Shown here piece by piece: positions 9,641-20,100 of a stretch of 64,000 nucleotides of DNA (position 1 is the first letter of the stretch; every line of letters begins with the position of its first letter). This DNA comes from Fibrobacteria bacterium. Its GTDB lineage: Bacteria; Fibrobacterota; Fibrobacteria; UBA11236; JADFYW01. Under the pieces are notes generated by a model. The model was not told the DNA's origin, did no database searches, and worked only from the letters and a program-made list of their open reading frames with translations. Location of the stretch: contig JBNKOC010000008.1 of the NCBI GenBank assembly GCA_050294405.1, forward strand, positions 32,001-96,000, in the 5' to 3' direction. The translations under genes and the position numbers were made by a program.

Positions 9641-11426
9641 TTCTCCCTTTTGATGGGAAAATGCCAGTGGGACGGGCTTGTAGAAACAATATTATAATTC
9701 CCAAAATAAATACCTTTGCGTAAACAGCTTCAAAAATAGGTTCCAGAATTTTATTAATTACACCTATACCAAGGCCTGCCCATATGGTTCCCATTAATTT
9801 TCCAACTCCTCCGGTAACCACTACCAAAAAGGAGTCTACAATGTATGTTTCTCCCATGTTAGGAACCACGTTTCCAATAAGGGTCATGGCCCAGCCAGCC
9901 ACGCCCGCAATGCCGGTTCCAAGGAAAAATGTCATAGCATCAATTCTACGCACTGAAATTCCAACACAGGAGCTCATTGGCCTGTTTTGGGTGACCGCCC
10001 GAAGTTTAAGACCAAACTTAGTCTTGTAAAAAATCGTATATAAAATCAGCACAGTTACAATAGTTAATCCGATTATGAAAATGCGGTTAAATGGCAATAA
10101 CACTTGGGGTGCGATTTCCAGCCCGCCGCTCAACGCTTTGGGCAATTGCACAGCTGTTAAATCTCCAAAAATATTTCTGGCAAGTTGGATAAGGCATAAG
10201 CTAATGCCCCATGTTGCTAAAAGACTTTCCAGGGGTTTTTTATATAAATGACGGATAACCAGCCATTCCATAGCCACCCCAAATAAACCAGCCACTACAA
10301 AGGCAAAAGGTAAGCTTAAAGGAAAAAACCAGTCTACGTTTTCTGGAGACAGGTGTTTCATGCAAATATTTTGAACTACAAAGGTGGTATAGGCTCCAAT
10401 CATCATAAATTCGCCATGGGCCATGTTAATGATTCCCATAAGTCCGTATATTATGGCTAATCCCAAAGCAACCAGAATTAATATGGAACCCAGGCTGATT
10501 CCAATAAAACTGGTTTGGATGAAATCCATTAAACCACGAAAAGACTTTAAACTGGCAAGGGCGTCTTCCACAGCCTTTATGACCCTTTCATCCTTTTCCG
10601 GCATTTGTCCGGATTCGTTTTTCTCGATGCGACTTTTTAAGGCGGGGATTCCCAAAGGACTTTTTAAGTCCGCCAAATTATTGGCAGCAGTTAACCTTTC
10701 GATGGGAGAGCCAAATTTTAATTTGAGCTTTGCAATGGAAACTTTTTTCAGGCTTAAAATAGAGTTGTCAGTTTCATTTTTCAGAGAAGATTCCAAAAGG
10801 GCAATGTTTAGAGGATCACCCTTGTTTCCAATATTTTCTGCCGCAATTTTCCGTATATTAGGATCCGCGTGAAATAAATCCATTTTATCCAGATACGTTT
10901 GGATAAAAATTCTCATGTTGCGTGAACAATCGACTTCAGTCAGGTCGTTGGGGTCCAGGTAGATTTGTTTGTTATTTTCATCCAGAATGGGCTTTTTTTG
11001 AGGGTGAGGGGTAAACAAAGGGGCTTCGGTAAACCCATCATCCGTATCTCTTTCTTCTCCTAGTAAAACCAACCCTTTAAAATCTTCTTGCTCAGGATAA
11101 ACATACAGGACTCCATTAAAAAGGCCTTTTAAAATATCATAGTCATCTGGATTCTGTCTTTTACTCATTTCCGATGCTGCCCATTCAATAAGGCTGTCTT
11201 CTTCGGATACCAGGGCTGTCCAGAGAGCCTCCAGCCAAGCCTCTGAACCTTTTTCGGGGGCTTCGTACACGAGGGAATCGGTGGAACTAGAGTCGGGCTC
11301 TGTATTAGCCAGACTATCCATTTCCATATTATTTCCCTCATTCTTATTCTGGCTGGAATCTGTTTCCTGTCCAAATCCCAGTGAGAACAACAAGCTAAGG
11401 GTGAATATAATTTTGGTTATTTCCAT
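9627..11426 (-). CDS. urtB: Urea ABC transporter permease with N-terminal periplasmic helical extension
   Basis: GLAIIYGLMGIINMAHGEF and YIVDSFLVVVTGGVG; start moved to the ATG (MEITK) that precedes a signal-like segment. Confidence 0.92.
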   Translation of the reverse strand: MEITKIIFTLSLLFSLGFGQETDSSQNKNEGNNMEMDSLANTEPDSSSTDSLVYEAPEKGSEAWLEALWTALVSEEDSLIEWAASEMSKRQNPDDYDILKGLFNGVLYVYPEQEDFKGLVLLGEERDTDDGFTEAPLFTPHPQKKPILDENNKQIYLDPNDLTEVDCSRNMRIFIQTYLDKMDLFHADPNIRKIAAENIGNKGDPLNIALLESSLKNETDNSILSLKKVSIAKLKLKFGSPIERLTAANNLADLKSPLGIPALKSRIEKNESGQMPEKDERVIKAVEDALASLKSFRGLMDFIQTSFIGISLGSILILVALGLAIIYGLMGIINMAHGEFMMIGAYTTFVVQNICMKHLSPENVDWFFPLSLPFAFVVAGLFGVAMEWLVIRHLYKKPLESLLATWGISLCLIQLARNIFGDLTAVQLPKALSGGLEIAPQVLLPFNRIFIIGLTIVTVLILYTIFYKTKFGLKLRAVTQNRPMSSCVGISVRRIDAMTFFLGTGIAGVAGWAMTLIGNVVPNMGETYIVDSFLVVVTGGVGKLMGTIWAGLGIGVINKILEPIFEAVYAKVFILGIIILFLQARPTGIFPSKGRNADE

Positions 11427-11491
11427 ATTGAGTAATAGGGGATAAAGAGGTGTAAAATTGTTTTTGGATATCTGTAACAATAGTTCGGGGC

Positions 11492-11532
11492 AAAAAAAAG
11501 AGTGGTTTTGAAGTTAAATTCAAAACCACTCT
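11492..11532 (-). terminator. Intrinsic terminator-like hairpin between the porin gene and urtB
   Basis: 14-bp perfect stem AGAGTGGTTTTGAA/TTCAAAACCACTCT with a 6-nt loop, followed by a U-tract on the minus strand. Confidence 0.75.
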
Positions 11533-11549
11533 AAAAGCTTCATATCAAA

Positions 11550-12515
11550 TTAGAAGGCAAAAATTGTTTCAACAGCAATGTTGGTAACTTCAGCGTCGAT
11601 TTCATATTTTAATTCAACTAATCCACTTAAGTTATCGTTGAAAACATAGGAAGGGCTAACTGTGATTTCTTGATCTGGATCACCTTCGTCGATTTGGATT
11701 CCACTGTAACGTACAGTTACACCAGCTTTATCTCCAATACCGACATTGGCCATTACTAACCAACCCATGCCATTTACATCTTCTGCTTCCCAATTGGTCA
11801 TGTAGTTGAATTCACCGGCTAACAAAGCAGGTCCTACAGCATAGGAAACCCACGCATTTAGCAATCCCTGATTTTCAACTCCAGAAGTAGTTTCTGTATC
11901 CATGGCATACGCAATTTTAGCAGTTAAAGCTTCTACTGGCATTAATGCCAATTGAGCTTCAAATGCAGGTTTTTCAAAATCAGTGTTTCCACCGTCCCAT
12001 ACACTACCAATAGCAGCCAGGTAAATGTTGAACATGGGCTGGCTGAAGTTTAAAGCTATACCATTTTGGTATCCGCCGTATACAAGAGTTTTTGAATAAG
12101 AATACTGGAACATATCTACAGGTTCGGCAGCTTCCCAACCAGTAGAGCTTAAGAATTTACCAGCAGTAATACTCAAGGGACCGCCCATAGGTGTGGCGGT
12201 AATAAAAGCTTGTTCCATGGTGATTCCCAAGTCATTTCCCACTGTTTCAGGGTCTGCCGGGTCTCCTACAATTACACCGCCATTGGTATTAATGTCGGCA
12301 CGAGCAGTTACACCGTTTTTGAAGTCGTACATGAAGTCCAGTTCCAGCTGATCGAATCCGCCGTAAATCGTTTCTTCATCAGAAGTGATTACAGCTCCGG
12401 CAGACATATCAAAGAAACCGCTGGTTGAGAAGTTATCGGTTACTTTTATTTCGCCGAAAGAAGCTACCGTTCCAACCATTCCGGTAGTTAATAATGCTTT
12501 TAGTAATTTGTTCAT
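11550..12515 (-). CDS. Outer-membrane beta-barrel porin in the urea uptake operon
   Basis: Signal peptide after an AAGGA SD, alternating beta-strand pattern, ITAGKFLSSTGWE motif, C-terminal Phe. Confidence 0.8.
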   Translation of the reverse strand: MNKLLKALLTTGMVGTVASFGEIKVTDNFSTSGFFDMSAGAVITSDEETIYGGFDQLELDFMYDFKNGVTARADINTNGGVIVGDPADPETVGNDLGITMEQAFITATPMGGPLSITAGKFLSSTGWEAAEPVDMFQYSYSKTLVYGGYQNGIALNFSQPMFNIYLAAIGSVWDGGNTDFEKPAFEAQLALMPVEALTAKIAYAMDTETTSGVENQGLLNAWVSYAVGPALLAGEFNYMTNWEAEDVNGMGWLVMANVGIGDKAGVTVRYSGIQIDEGDPDQEITVSPSYVFNDNLSGLVELKYEIDAEVTNIAVETIFAF

Positions 12516-12591
12516 TTTTTTCCTTACCTTTCCATTTTTTTTAAAGATGCATGCCTGAAGATTCAAGCATGCGGTTTAAATGTATTAAAAA

Positions 12592-13866
12592 TTATTTTTT
12601 AGTGTAAGTTCCACCGTGGTTAACATGGTCACAAGATTTGTCTGGGCTGGTTAAGTAGCTCCAAGGCTCAGGAGATACAAGACCTTTTGATTGCCAAACG
12701 ACTTTGAACTGACCATTTTTCTTGATTTCGCCGATGAAAACAGGCTTTGCCAAGTGGTGGTTCTTCTCGTCCATAATTACAACACCACCGGGGGAGTTGA
12801 ACTTGGAGCCGTAAAGAGCTTTTTTAACTTTTTCTACGTCAAAAGATTTTGCTTTTTCGGCAGCTTGTTTCCAAAGATACACGCCTGTATAAGCCCAAAG
12901 AATTGGGTCATCAGTAACTCTTTTGTTGCCGCCGGGCAATTTATTCTTTTCGCAATAAGCTTTAAACTTTTTAACGAATTCTTTGTTTTCTTTTGAGCTG
13001 ATAGATTGGAAATAGTTCCAGGCAGCCAAGTGGCCAACAAGGTGCTGAGTGTCCATTGCGCGAAGCTCGTCTTCAGCAACACTGAATGCCATAATGGGGC
13101 AAGTGGCGGAAGTTAAACCTTGGTTTGCGAATTCCTTATAGAAAGGAACGTTGGAATCGCCATTGATGGTGCTAAGTACAGCAGCTTTTCCGCCAGCAGC
13201 AAACTTTTTGATTTTTTTAACAATAGTTTGATAGTCTTGGTGGTGGAAAGGAGTATACTCTTCAATAATATCAGATTCGGGAACTCCTTTGGACAACAAA
13301 TAAGCTTTCAAAATTTTGTTCGCAGTTCTGGGGAATACATAATCAGTTCCTAATAAATAGAACTTTTTGTAAGCTCCGCCTTCTTTGCTCATCAAATATT
13401 CTGCAGCAGGGATAAGTTGTTGATTAGGTGTGGCTCCTGTGTAGATAATGTTAGGAGAACATTCTTCCCCTTCGTATTGAACGGGGTAGAAAAGCAATCC
13501 TTTTTTCTCTTCGTATACAGGAAGAACGGACTTTCTGGAAACGGAAGTCCAGCAACCGAAAGTTACAGCAGTTTGGTGTTTGTCCAACAATTCTTTGGCT
13601 TTTTCAGCGAACAAGTCCCAGTCGGAAGCGGGATCCACTTCAACGGCTTCGATTTGCTTGCCGAGCACTCCACCAGCAGCATTGATTTCTTCAACAGCCA
13701 TAAGAACGGCATCGCGCAAAGAAACCTCAGATATGGCCATAGTTCCGCTCAAAGAATGCAAAATACCGATTTTTACTTTTTCGGCAGCAAACCCAAGTGG
13801 GGACAATATCGCCAGGATTGCTAGGAGTCCCATAATTTTAGTAAGGGACAATTGTTTGAAATTCAT
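12592..13866 (-). CDS. urtA: Urea ABC transporter substrate-binding protein
   Basis: GILHSLSGTMAISE, FGCWTSVSRKSVLP, YPVQYEG, GTDYVFPRT, INGDSN. Confidence 0.96.
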   Translation of the reverse strand: MNFKQLSLTKIMGLLAILAILSPLGFAAEKVKIGILHSLSGTMAISEVSLRDAVLMAVEEINAAGGVLGKQIEAVEVDPASDWDLFAEKAKELLDKHQTAVTFGCWTSVSRKSVLPVYEEKKGLLFYPVQYEGEECSPNIIYTGATPNQQLIPAAEYLMSKEGGAYKKFYLLGTDYVFPRTANKILKAYLLSKGVPESDIIEEYTPFHHQDYQTIVKKIKKFAAGGKAAVLSTINGDSNVPFYKEFANQGLTSATCPIMAFSVAEDELRAMDTQHLVGHLAAWNYFQSISSKENKEFVKKFKAYCEKNKLPGGNKRVTDDPILWAYTGVYLWKQAAEKAKSFDVEKVKKALYGSKFNSPGGVVIMDEKNHHLAKPVFIGEIKKNGQFKVVWQSKGLVSPEPWSYLTSPDKSCDHVNHGGTYTKK

Positions 13867-13927
13867 TTTTTTCTCCTCTAGTGTTTAAATGACAGGTAAT
13901 AGGGTTTAAATCCTGCAACTACCCTTA

Positions 13928-13944
13928 AGCAAATCCTCGGCCAA
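13928..13944 (-). promoter_or_regulatory. Sigma54 (-24/-12) promoter of the urt/ure operon
   Basis: Minus strand reads TTGGCCGAGGATTTGCT, i.e. TGGC-N7-TTGCW, about 60 bp upstream of urtA. Confidence 0.8.
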
Positions 13945-14021
13945 ACGAATAAGCGCTATTTTTTTAGGAATTTAGAGGGTTTTTTGGTTTTGGAGCGGAA
14001 TAGGGATTAATTGGCATTAAT

Positions 14022-14037
14022 TGTCAATGATTTGACA
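14022..14037. promoter_or_regulatory. Palindromic operator, candidate upstream activator site for the urtA promoter
   Basis: Perfect TGTCAA-N4-TTGACA about 80 bp upstream of the sigma54 box. Confidence 0.5.
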
Positions 14038-14137
14038 GCTAATTTTGAACTTCAAAGCTTTACAACTTGTGGCAATGGTACATTATTGTCAAAACGTTCC
14101 ACTTTTTCTGGCTGGGTATGAAGTTGGCTACGGTTTT

Positions 14138-16450
14138 TTATCTGTATTCAGGAAGAATTGTTAGGTTAAAATCCTTTTTGGGGCTTAGCAAATTGAGAAA
14201 AACCAATCCTTTTTGAGCTTTGAGAATTTCCTTAAGTTCTGGCACATAAATTTTTTCTCCGGGCCCAATCCTTTTTTTCCAATCTGCTAATTCCCTGCCT
14301 TGGGCGTTAAAAACACGGATGTTGGCAATTTCTCCCCCCATGGAACCCGGCACAAACAAGGTTTTTTGCTGAGGATTCCAAAACAGCTTTTCTAGCGTCT
14401 TAACTTCTCCTATCGATAACATTTTGCTTTCGTCGTAAAAATAATTTTCGGAAGGCACAGGGTGGAAGGAACTGTTGTTAACCGACCAATTCAATGTGAG
14501 GGCAGGTTGGCGGCTGCGAGATATATACTGGAGGGAAAATTTGTGATAACCGGTTTCAAACTTAATTTCCTGGGTATTTTCCAATTGCCCAAATACATGG
14601 GAAGAAGCTGTGATGTCGTCTATTATCAATTTAGCTTCATCATTGCTTTCTAATTGAAATTTGTAAGAACCTTGTATGGGAATGTATATATAGCCTTCAA
14701 AATTATAGCCAAAATTAAAATTCCGAATTCTGGAACTAATATCAATGTTATCCGTAGCCTGGTGAAAGACAGGCTTGGTGATAAAAGAATAAGGCAGAGA
14801 GCTCCATTCTCCTTCATAATATCTTCCCAGCAAACCGCGTTTGTAATTTAACTCCTGGGGGGCTTCTTGATAGGGCATGTTAGCTTCCCCAAAACTAAAT
14901 GACATTTTCGGTCCTGGCAGGCTGATGTTAGAAATATCCAGCCCCGAGGGTTTGCCATCCCACCACTGGGCATCGGGGGTTGAATTATCGTTAAAAGTTT
15001 TCCCATTGCCCTTATGAAACAAATCCCCTGGAGAACCTGAATTAACATTGTGTTCCAAATCATAGTTGCCATCTGCCTGCTCCAGGGAAATTTGGTAATG
15101 GCGGCTTGGAGTCATGCTTTCATCGGAATTGCTTCCCGTAAGGTCCACGTGCCATATCATCAGACCTTCATCCGGGGCGGATTGGTAACGCCCCATTTTG
15201 GCGATGGATTCAATGATAAACATTTCTAAACCTGTTTTTTTATTGAGATACACATAGTTTTCGTGAGAATTAGACTGAAGTTGAAAATAGCTCCCCAGCA
15301 TGTTTGAATTTAAGTTTGTGGAATATTGCCATCCTGCCTGTTGCCGCAAATAGGCATTGGGTGGCAAAGGGTTTGTTCTGTCCGCTCCCCCTGACATTAG
15401 GCAATAGTTTCCAGTTCCCTTGGATTCGCCTCCATAATCATATAAATCCGGCCACCCGAACAACATGTGGCCATTTTCATGGCATATGGTAAACAAACTC
15501 AATTGGGAACCCATGTTAGATATGTTGTAACCTCTGATTGAAACTCCATCGGCATAAAATGTTTTTGGAATAGCTCCCCGATGGGGCCATATACCCTTTG
15601 CCCACTGCTTTCCAGTGAATCCGGCATAAACAATATTTAGGGCAATGGCTCTTCCATTGGCATCTGTGGTTAGTTTAGAAAAATCTACTCCCTCTTTTTC
15701 CAGCCCTTCCAGGGCTTCCTGAACTAATTCATATGAGCCATAATATCCATCATCCCGATCGTAATAAGCTTTATTGTTTTTTGCCGTGTAATAGTTAGTT
15801 ACGATATTTTGGTATTCAATATTTCCGTTAGATACATCATAAAAATAGTCACGGACAGAGCCGTTGTTTCCAAATCGATTATAGCCAGGAAGGTTTGCCC
15901 AGTTTTCAATTTCCTCTTTGCTAAAAGCCCCCTTGAGTTCAGGGAAATCGATTAGAATAATCATGCCGAATATTGTTCTGGGACCCGAGCCTGCTTTTTT
16001 CAATTGTCTGGATAATTTTGGTTGGTAATCCACATGCTTAAAGTGTTCGGCTTTATTTTTTTCTATTTGTACATGACGACTTTTTAAAACTTTTTGGTAA
16101 AGGTTCTTTTGCTGAAAATTTGGAATGGCATACCGGCTTCCGTTTATTGAGGTATGAATTTTTCCCGTTGGTTCAAGGTCGTTTTTTAAACCGTTCCAGC
16201 GTGCATATTCCACATATCCGGTTTTGGGGTTGATTAAAACTGGGTTTCCATTTTGGGATTCAGCATAAATATTAAATTCATCTCCCCACACTTTGAGCTC
16301 AACAACTTTTCCATCTGGTTGCTCAAATTCCATTAACATACCTGAATAGGGGGCTGAAATTAGTTGGCCAATCCCCCAAAACAAACTCCAAATTAGAGTC
16401 CGATAGCAAACAGCGCCCATAGGGCGCAATAGGCCGGAAATGGCAATCAT
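14138..16450 (-). CDS. Secreted M6-family (immune inhibitor A-like) zinc metalloprotease with PA14-like domain
   Basis: QPDG...WGDE prodomain, GSVRDYFYDVS, HENGHMLFGWPDLY, LEQADG, GLLGRYYEG; C-terminal IRVFNAQGR sorting-like domain; start uncertain. Confidence 0.85.
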   Translation of the reverse strand: MIAISGLLRPMGAVCYRTLIWSLFWGIGQLISAPYSGMLMEFEQPDGKVVELKVWGDEFNIYAESQNGNPVLINPKTGYVEYARWNGLKNDLEPTGKIHTSINGSRYAIPNFQQKNLYQKVLKSRHVQIEKNKAEHFKHVDYQPKLSRQLKKAGSGPRTIFGMIILIDFPELKGAFSKEEIENWANLPGYNRFGNNGSVRDYFYDVSNGNIEYQNIVTNYYTAKNNKAYYDRDDGYYGSYELVQEALEGLEKEGVDFSKLTTDANGRAIALNIVYAGFTGKQWAKGIWPHRGAIPKTFYADGVSIRGYNISNMGSQLSLFTICHENGHMLFGWPDLYDYGGESKGTGNYCLMSGGADRTNPLPPNAYLRQQAGWQYSTNLNSNMLGSYFQLQSNSHENYVYLNKKTGLEMFIIESIAKMGRYQSAPDEGLMIWHVDLTGSNSDESMTPSRHYQISLEQADGNYDLEHNVNSGSPGDLFHKGNGKTFNDNSTPDAQWWDGKPSGLDISNISLPGPKMSFSFGEANMPYQEAPQELNYKRGLLGRYYEGEWSSLPYSFITKPVFHQATDNIDISSRIRNFNFGYNFEGYIYIPIQGSYKFQLESNDEAKLIIDDITASSHVFGQLENTQEIKFETGYHKFSLQYISRSRQPALTLNWSVNNSSFHPVPSENYFYDESKMLSIGEVKTLEKLFWNPQQKTLFVPGSMGGEIANIRVFNAQGRELADWKKRIGPGEKIYVPELKEILKAQKGLVFLNLLSPKKDFNLTILPEYR

Positions 16451-16531
16451 TAATTAATTTCAAACTTGTCGCTTTGATTAGATTATATGTTAGGTTGGAT
16501 AACAGTATCCACACAAAAATGAGCTTGATAC

Positions 16532-16981
16532 TCAGCGATTCATTTTTTCAAGCATAAGATAAGGGGTTCGTGTCATCCCCAGTCTTTGATAGGTTGCCTG
16601 AGCCCGAAAATTTTCTTTTTCCACATATAAGCGAAGCCCGGCTGCGCCTTCTTTTCGGGATAACTTCTCAATGTGGCTAAACATTTCCGCGAAAACTCCT
16701 CTGCGTCGGTAGTCTTCTGTGACATATACGCTCTGCAACCACCAAATAAGGCCATTTCGCCAATCGCTCCATTCATAGGTAACCAACAAGCAGGCCACAG
16801 GCTCTGGATTTTTGCAAATAAGATAAAAGCCGTATTTTGGGTTATTTATAAGGTTTTTTACCCCATTAGTGACGGTTTCTATGGACAAATTTTGCCCTTC
16901 GGTTTCTTTTGCCAGCATTAAATTGCAGTGAGCTAAAAAATCAATATGCCTTGAATCTGCAATTTCCATCGTTAAATCCAT
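16532..16981 (-). CDS. GNAT acetyltransferase
   Basis: TYEWSDWRNG, QSVYV...RRRGVF, LRLYVEKENFRAQATY; start placed at the ATG after GGAG. Confidence 0.9.
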   Translation of the reverse strand: MDLTMEIADSRHIDFLAHCNLMLAKETEGQNLSIETVTNGVKNLINNPKYGFYLICKNPEPVACLLVTYEWSDWRNGLIWWLQSVYVTEDYRRRGVFAEMFSHIEKLSRKEGAAGLRLYVEKENFRAQATYQRLGMTRTPYLMLEKMNR

Positions 16982-17143
16982 GTAGTCTCCAATTATATGT
17001 TGCAATCCCTTTTAGAAATTTTAGAAAATTTAGATAATAAAGGGGAAATTCTTGCTTTTTTCTACTTTCTGAAATCAAAAAAATGATAATTTAATTAATA
17101 GGGACTTCGGGTAAGTTTAGGCAGTTGGAATAGGGATACAGCT

Positions 17144-20100
17144 TTGAAAAGAATATTTTGGCTTATTGGCCTATGCATCTTATGTTGGCAATGCAATATA
17201 GAGTTTGAAAACTTGAGCCAGGAAGATAAAGCCTGGTTGATAGATTCGGATAACGATGGAGTAGGGGACAGCCTGCAGTTTTATGCTCCCGATTGTAAGC
17301 TCACATTAGAAGAATGTTTAGCCATTGCAAAAGTAAATCGCGATGAATTTATAATTGAAATAGAAAAAATGAATTCCTACCGTCCCATGTTTTCAGTGGA
17401 CTCCGGAACTCATAACACTCCTTTGTCTTTGGAGTTGTCCACAGAGGTTGAGGGAGCCAGGATTTATTATACCTTAAATGGAGATAGCGCCTCAAAACAA
17501 ACAGATCAATATGTAAGCCCCATATCTATCAATAAAACAACCACAGTAACGGCGGTTGTTTATGACGAAAATGGTGAGCAATTAAGCACGCAAAGTATCT
17601 ATGTATTTACCATAGACCTTGAAGGGAAGGCAATGCCTCCCGAATTTGCTCCTGAGCAAGGCACGTATAATGTTCCCCCCAATATAACCCTGGGTACTTT
17701 AACTTCCGGCGCTGTTATTCGCTACACACTAGACGGGACGGTTCCCACTGAACTTAGCCCGGGGTATTCAGTCCCTATTGAGATAGACAGAACTACCACT
17801 ATACGGGCTAAAACCATAGCCCCCGATTTAGATCCCAGTGAAACCATAACCCGGGAATACAAACTGGAAGTGGCCAAACCCGTTGCGGATGTAGACTCGG
17901 GCACACATACAGAAACACAGTATGTAAGTTTGAGCACAATTTCCCCTATGGCTACAATTCGGTATACAGAAGATGGCTCAGAGCCAGATGCAAACTCAAA
18001 ACAGGCCATAGGCCCTATTGAAATTAGTTCTTCCACTATTTTAAAAGCCAAAGGATTCAGGGCCGGTTGGATATCCAGCCAAACCCTTGTTAACAATTAT
18101 GTGATTCAGGTACAGGGAAGAACCGCTGACCCGGTTATTTTTCCTTTTAATGGTCCATTTTCCAGAGCTGTGGAAGTGGAAATTACCTGCGCTACAGATG
18201 GAGCCACAATTCACTATACATTGGATGGGAGCCAACCAACAAATGAGTCTCCAGTTTATTCAGATAAAATTATGGTAAACGGAAATATGCTAGTGACTGC
18301 CATCGCCTATCATCCCGATTTAGATGAAAGTGGGACTGTCCAGGTTTTGTATTCCTTTAATGTGAAAGAACCTGTAATAACCGGAGAGCCCGGCAATGGA
18401 GGGCAGGAGTATACAATTGATATTTCAACTACCACTGCCGATGCCGAAATATATTATACCATGGATGGCAGTGATCCGGGAATAACATCCGCCAAGTACA
18501 ATGCTCCTTTAAAAATCACTCAATCCACCAACATCAGGGCACGAGCTTATAAAGAAAATTGGCTGCCCAGTGGCATATCCACCGAATCCTTTTTTATTAC
18601 CAGGGAAGGAGCGGTAGCTTCCCCTTTGATTACGCCGGAATTTGCGCGTAAGGAAGGAAGCCAACTCGTAAGCATGAGCGTGGGAACAGACGATGCCCAG
18701 ATATATTATACCACCAATGGCACAGATCCAACACAAAACTCAACTTTGTATGAGGGAGAGTTTATTGTGAACAAGTCCATGCAGATTAAGGCCAAAGCTT
18801 ATGCGGATGGCTTAGATCCAAGTACTTTATCCCTGGCTACTTATTACATTTTAGCTTATGCTCCTGAGATTGAGCCAGGGGGAGGGACTTTCCTGGAGCC
18901 CATTTATGTTAAACTAACTTCACAAACAAAGGGAGCGCGCATTTTTTACACAACAGACGGGCAAGATCCAGATACCACTTCTGCCCTATATGAAGACTCA
19001 ATTCTGGTGAATACCAACATGACTTTAAAGGCTATAGCCGTTTTTGACGGCCTTGAAGTGAGCAATCCCGCTAATGAAACATATGTAATTCAGAATTCGA
19101 AAGTAAGCGCTCCTGTTTTTAGTCCCTTGCCGGGAAGTTTTTTGACCCCTCAAACGCTTTCTCTGGAAACCAATACACAGGGGGCGGAAATTCTATATAC
19201 TGTAGATGGAACGGATCCCACAGATGCAAATGCAAGTCCTCTTGTATACGATTCCACATCTCCTCCTCAAATTTCTTCCAACACCCAGATTAAGGCCGTG
19301 GCTGTTAAAGATAACTGGACCAGCAGTGATGTTGTGGAAGGCAATTTTGAAATTGCAGAACCTGGCACAGCCACGCTTATATCGCCCAATGGAGGGGAAA
19401 AATGGGTGGTAGGCAGCAACCATAACATAAGCTGGGCCACTTCCCAGGGAGTGGATAAAGTGGATTTATCCTATTATTCTGCAAGTACCGGTAATGTTGT
19501 TATAGCTTCCGGTATAGACAATAGCGGCAGTTATAGTTGGACTGTGCCTGCACCCGCTGGAAATGATTTTAGAGTGGTGGTATCTATTCCTTCCCAGGGT
19601 AGCGATACCAGTGATGCGAATTTTGAAATCCTGGCTTTACAGGCGGTAAACCGCTTTGAATGGGCAAATTATGCAAGCTCTTCTGAACTTGCGGAGGGAA
19701 TAAGTCCAGTGATGGACCCGCAAGGAAATACGCTGCTTGCCGGAAGATATAATGGCTCTATTGTGTTTCCTGCGGGCGATGCCGACATTCAATTGAACTC
19801 AGGAAATAACGATCAACTTTTTCTGGCGAAGTTTGATAAAGATGGCAACTGTCTTTGGGCTGTTGATGCGGGAAGTCAATACATTCATGATATTAGCTTA
19901 ACCAGCCAGGGAAATATTATTGTAGCCGGATACCACAGCTCTACATTTTTTGAAGGTTCTTTGGTTCCCGTATATGGAGGTGATGATGGTTTTGTGGCTT
20001 CTTACAGTTCCTCCGGACAACTGGATTGGGTTAGAAAAATGGGTGGGCTAGGGGATGACTATGCTTATGGTTTATCTACTGACCCACAAGGGAATGTATA

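Noticed and set aside
13867..14137. Guanidine or other riboswitch upstream of urtA
   Set aside because: No recognisable aptamer motif; the sigma54 promoter leaves only a short leader.
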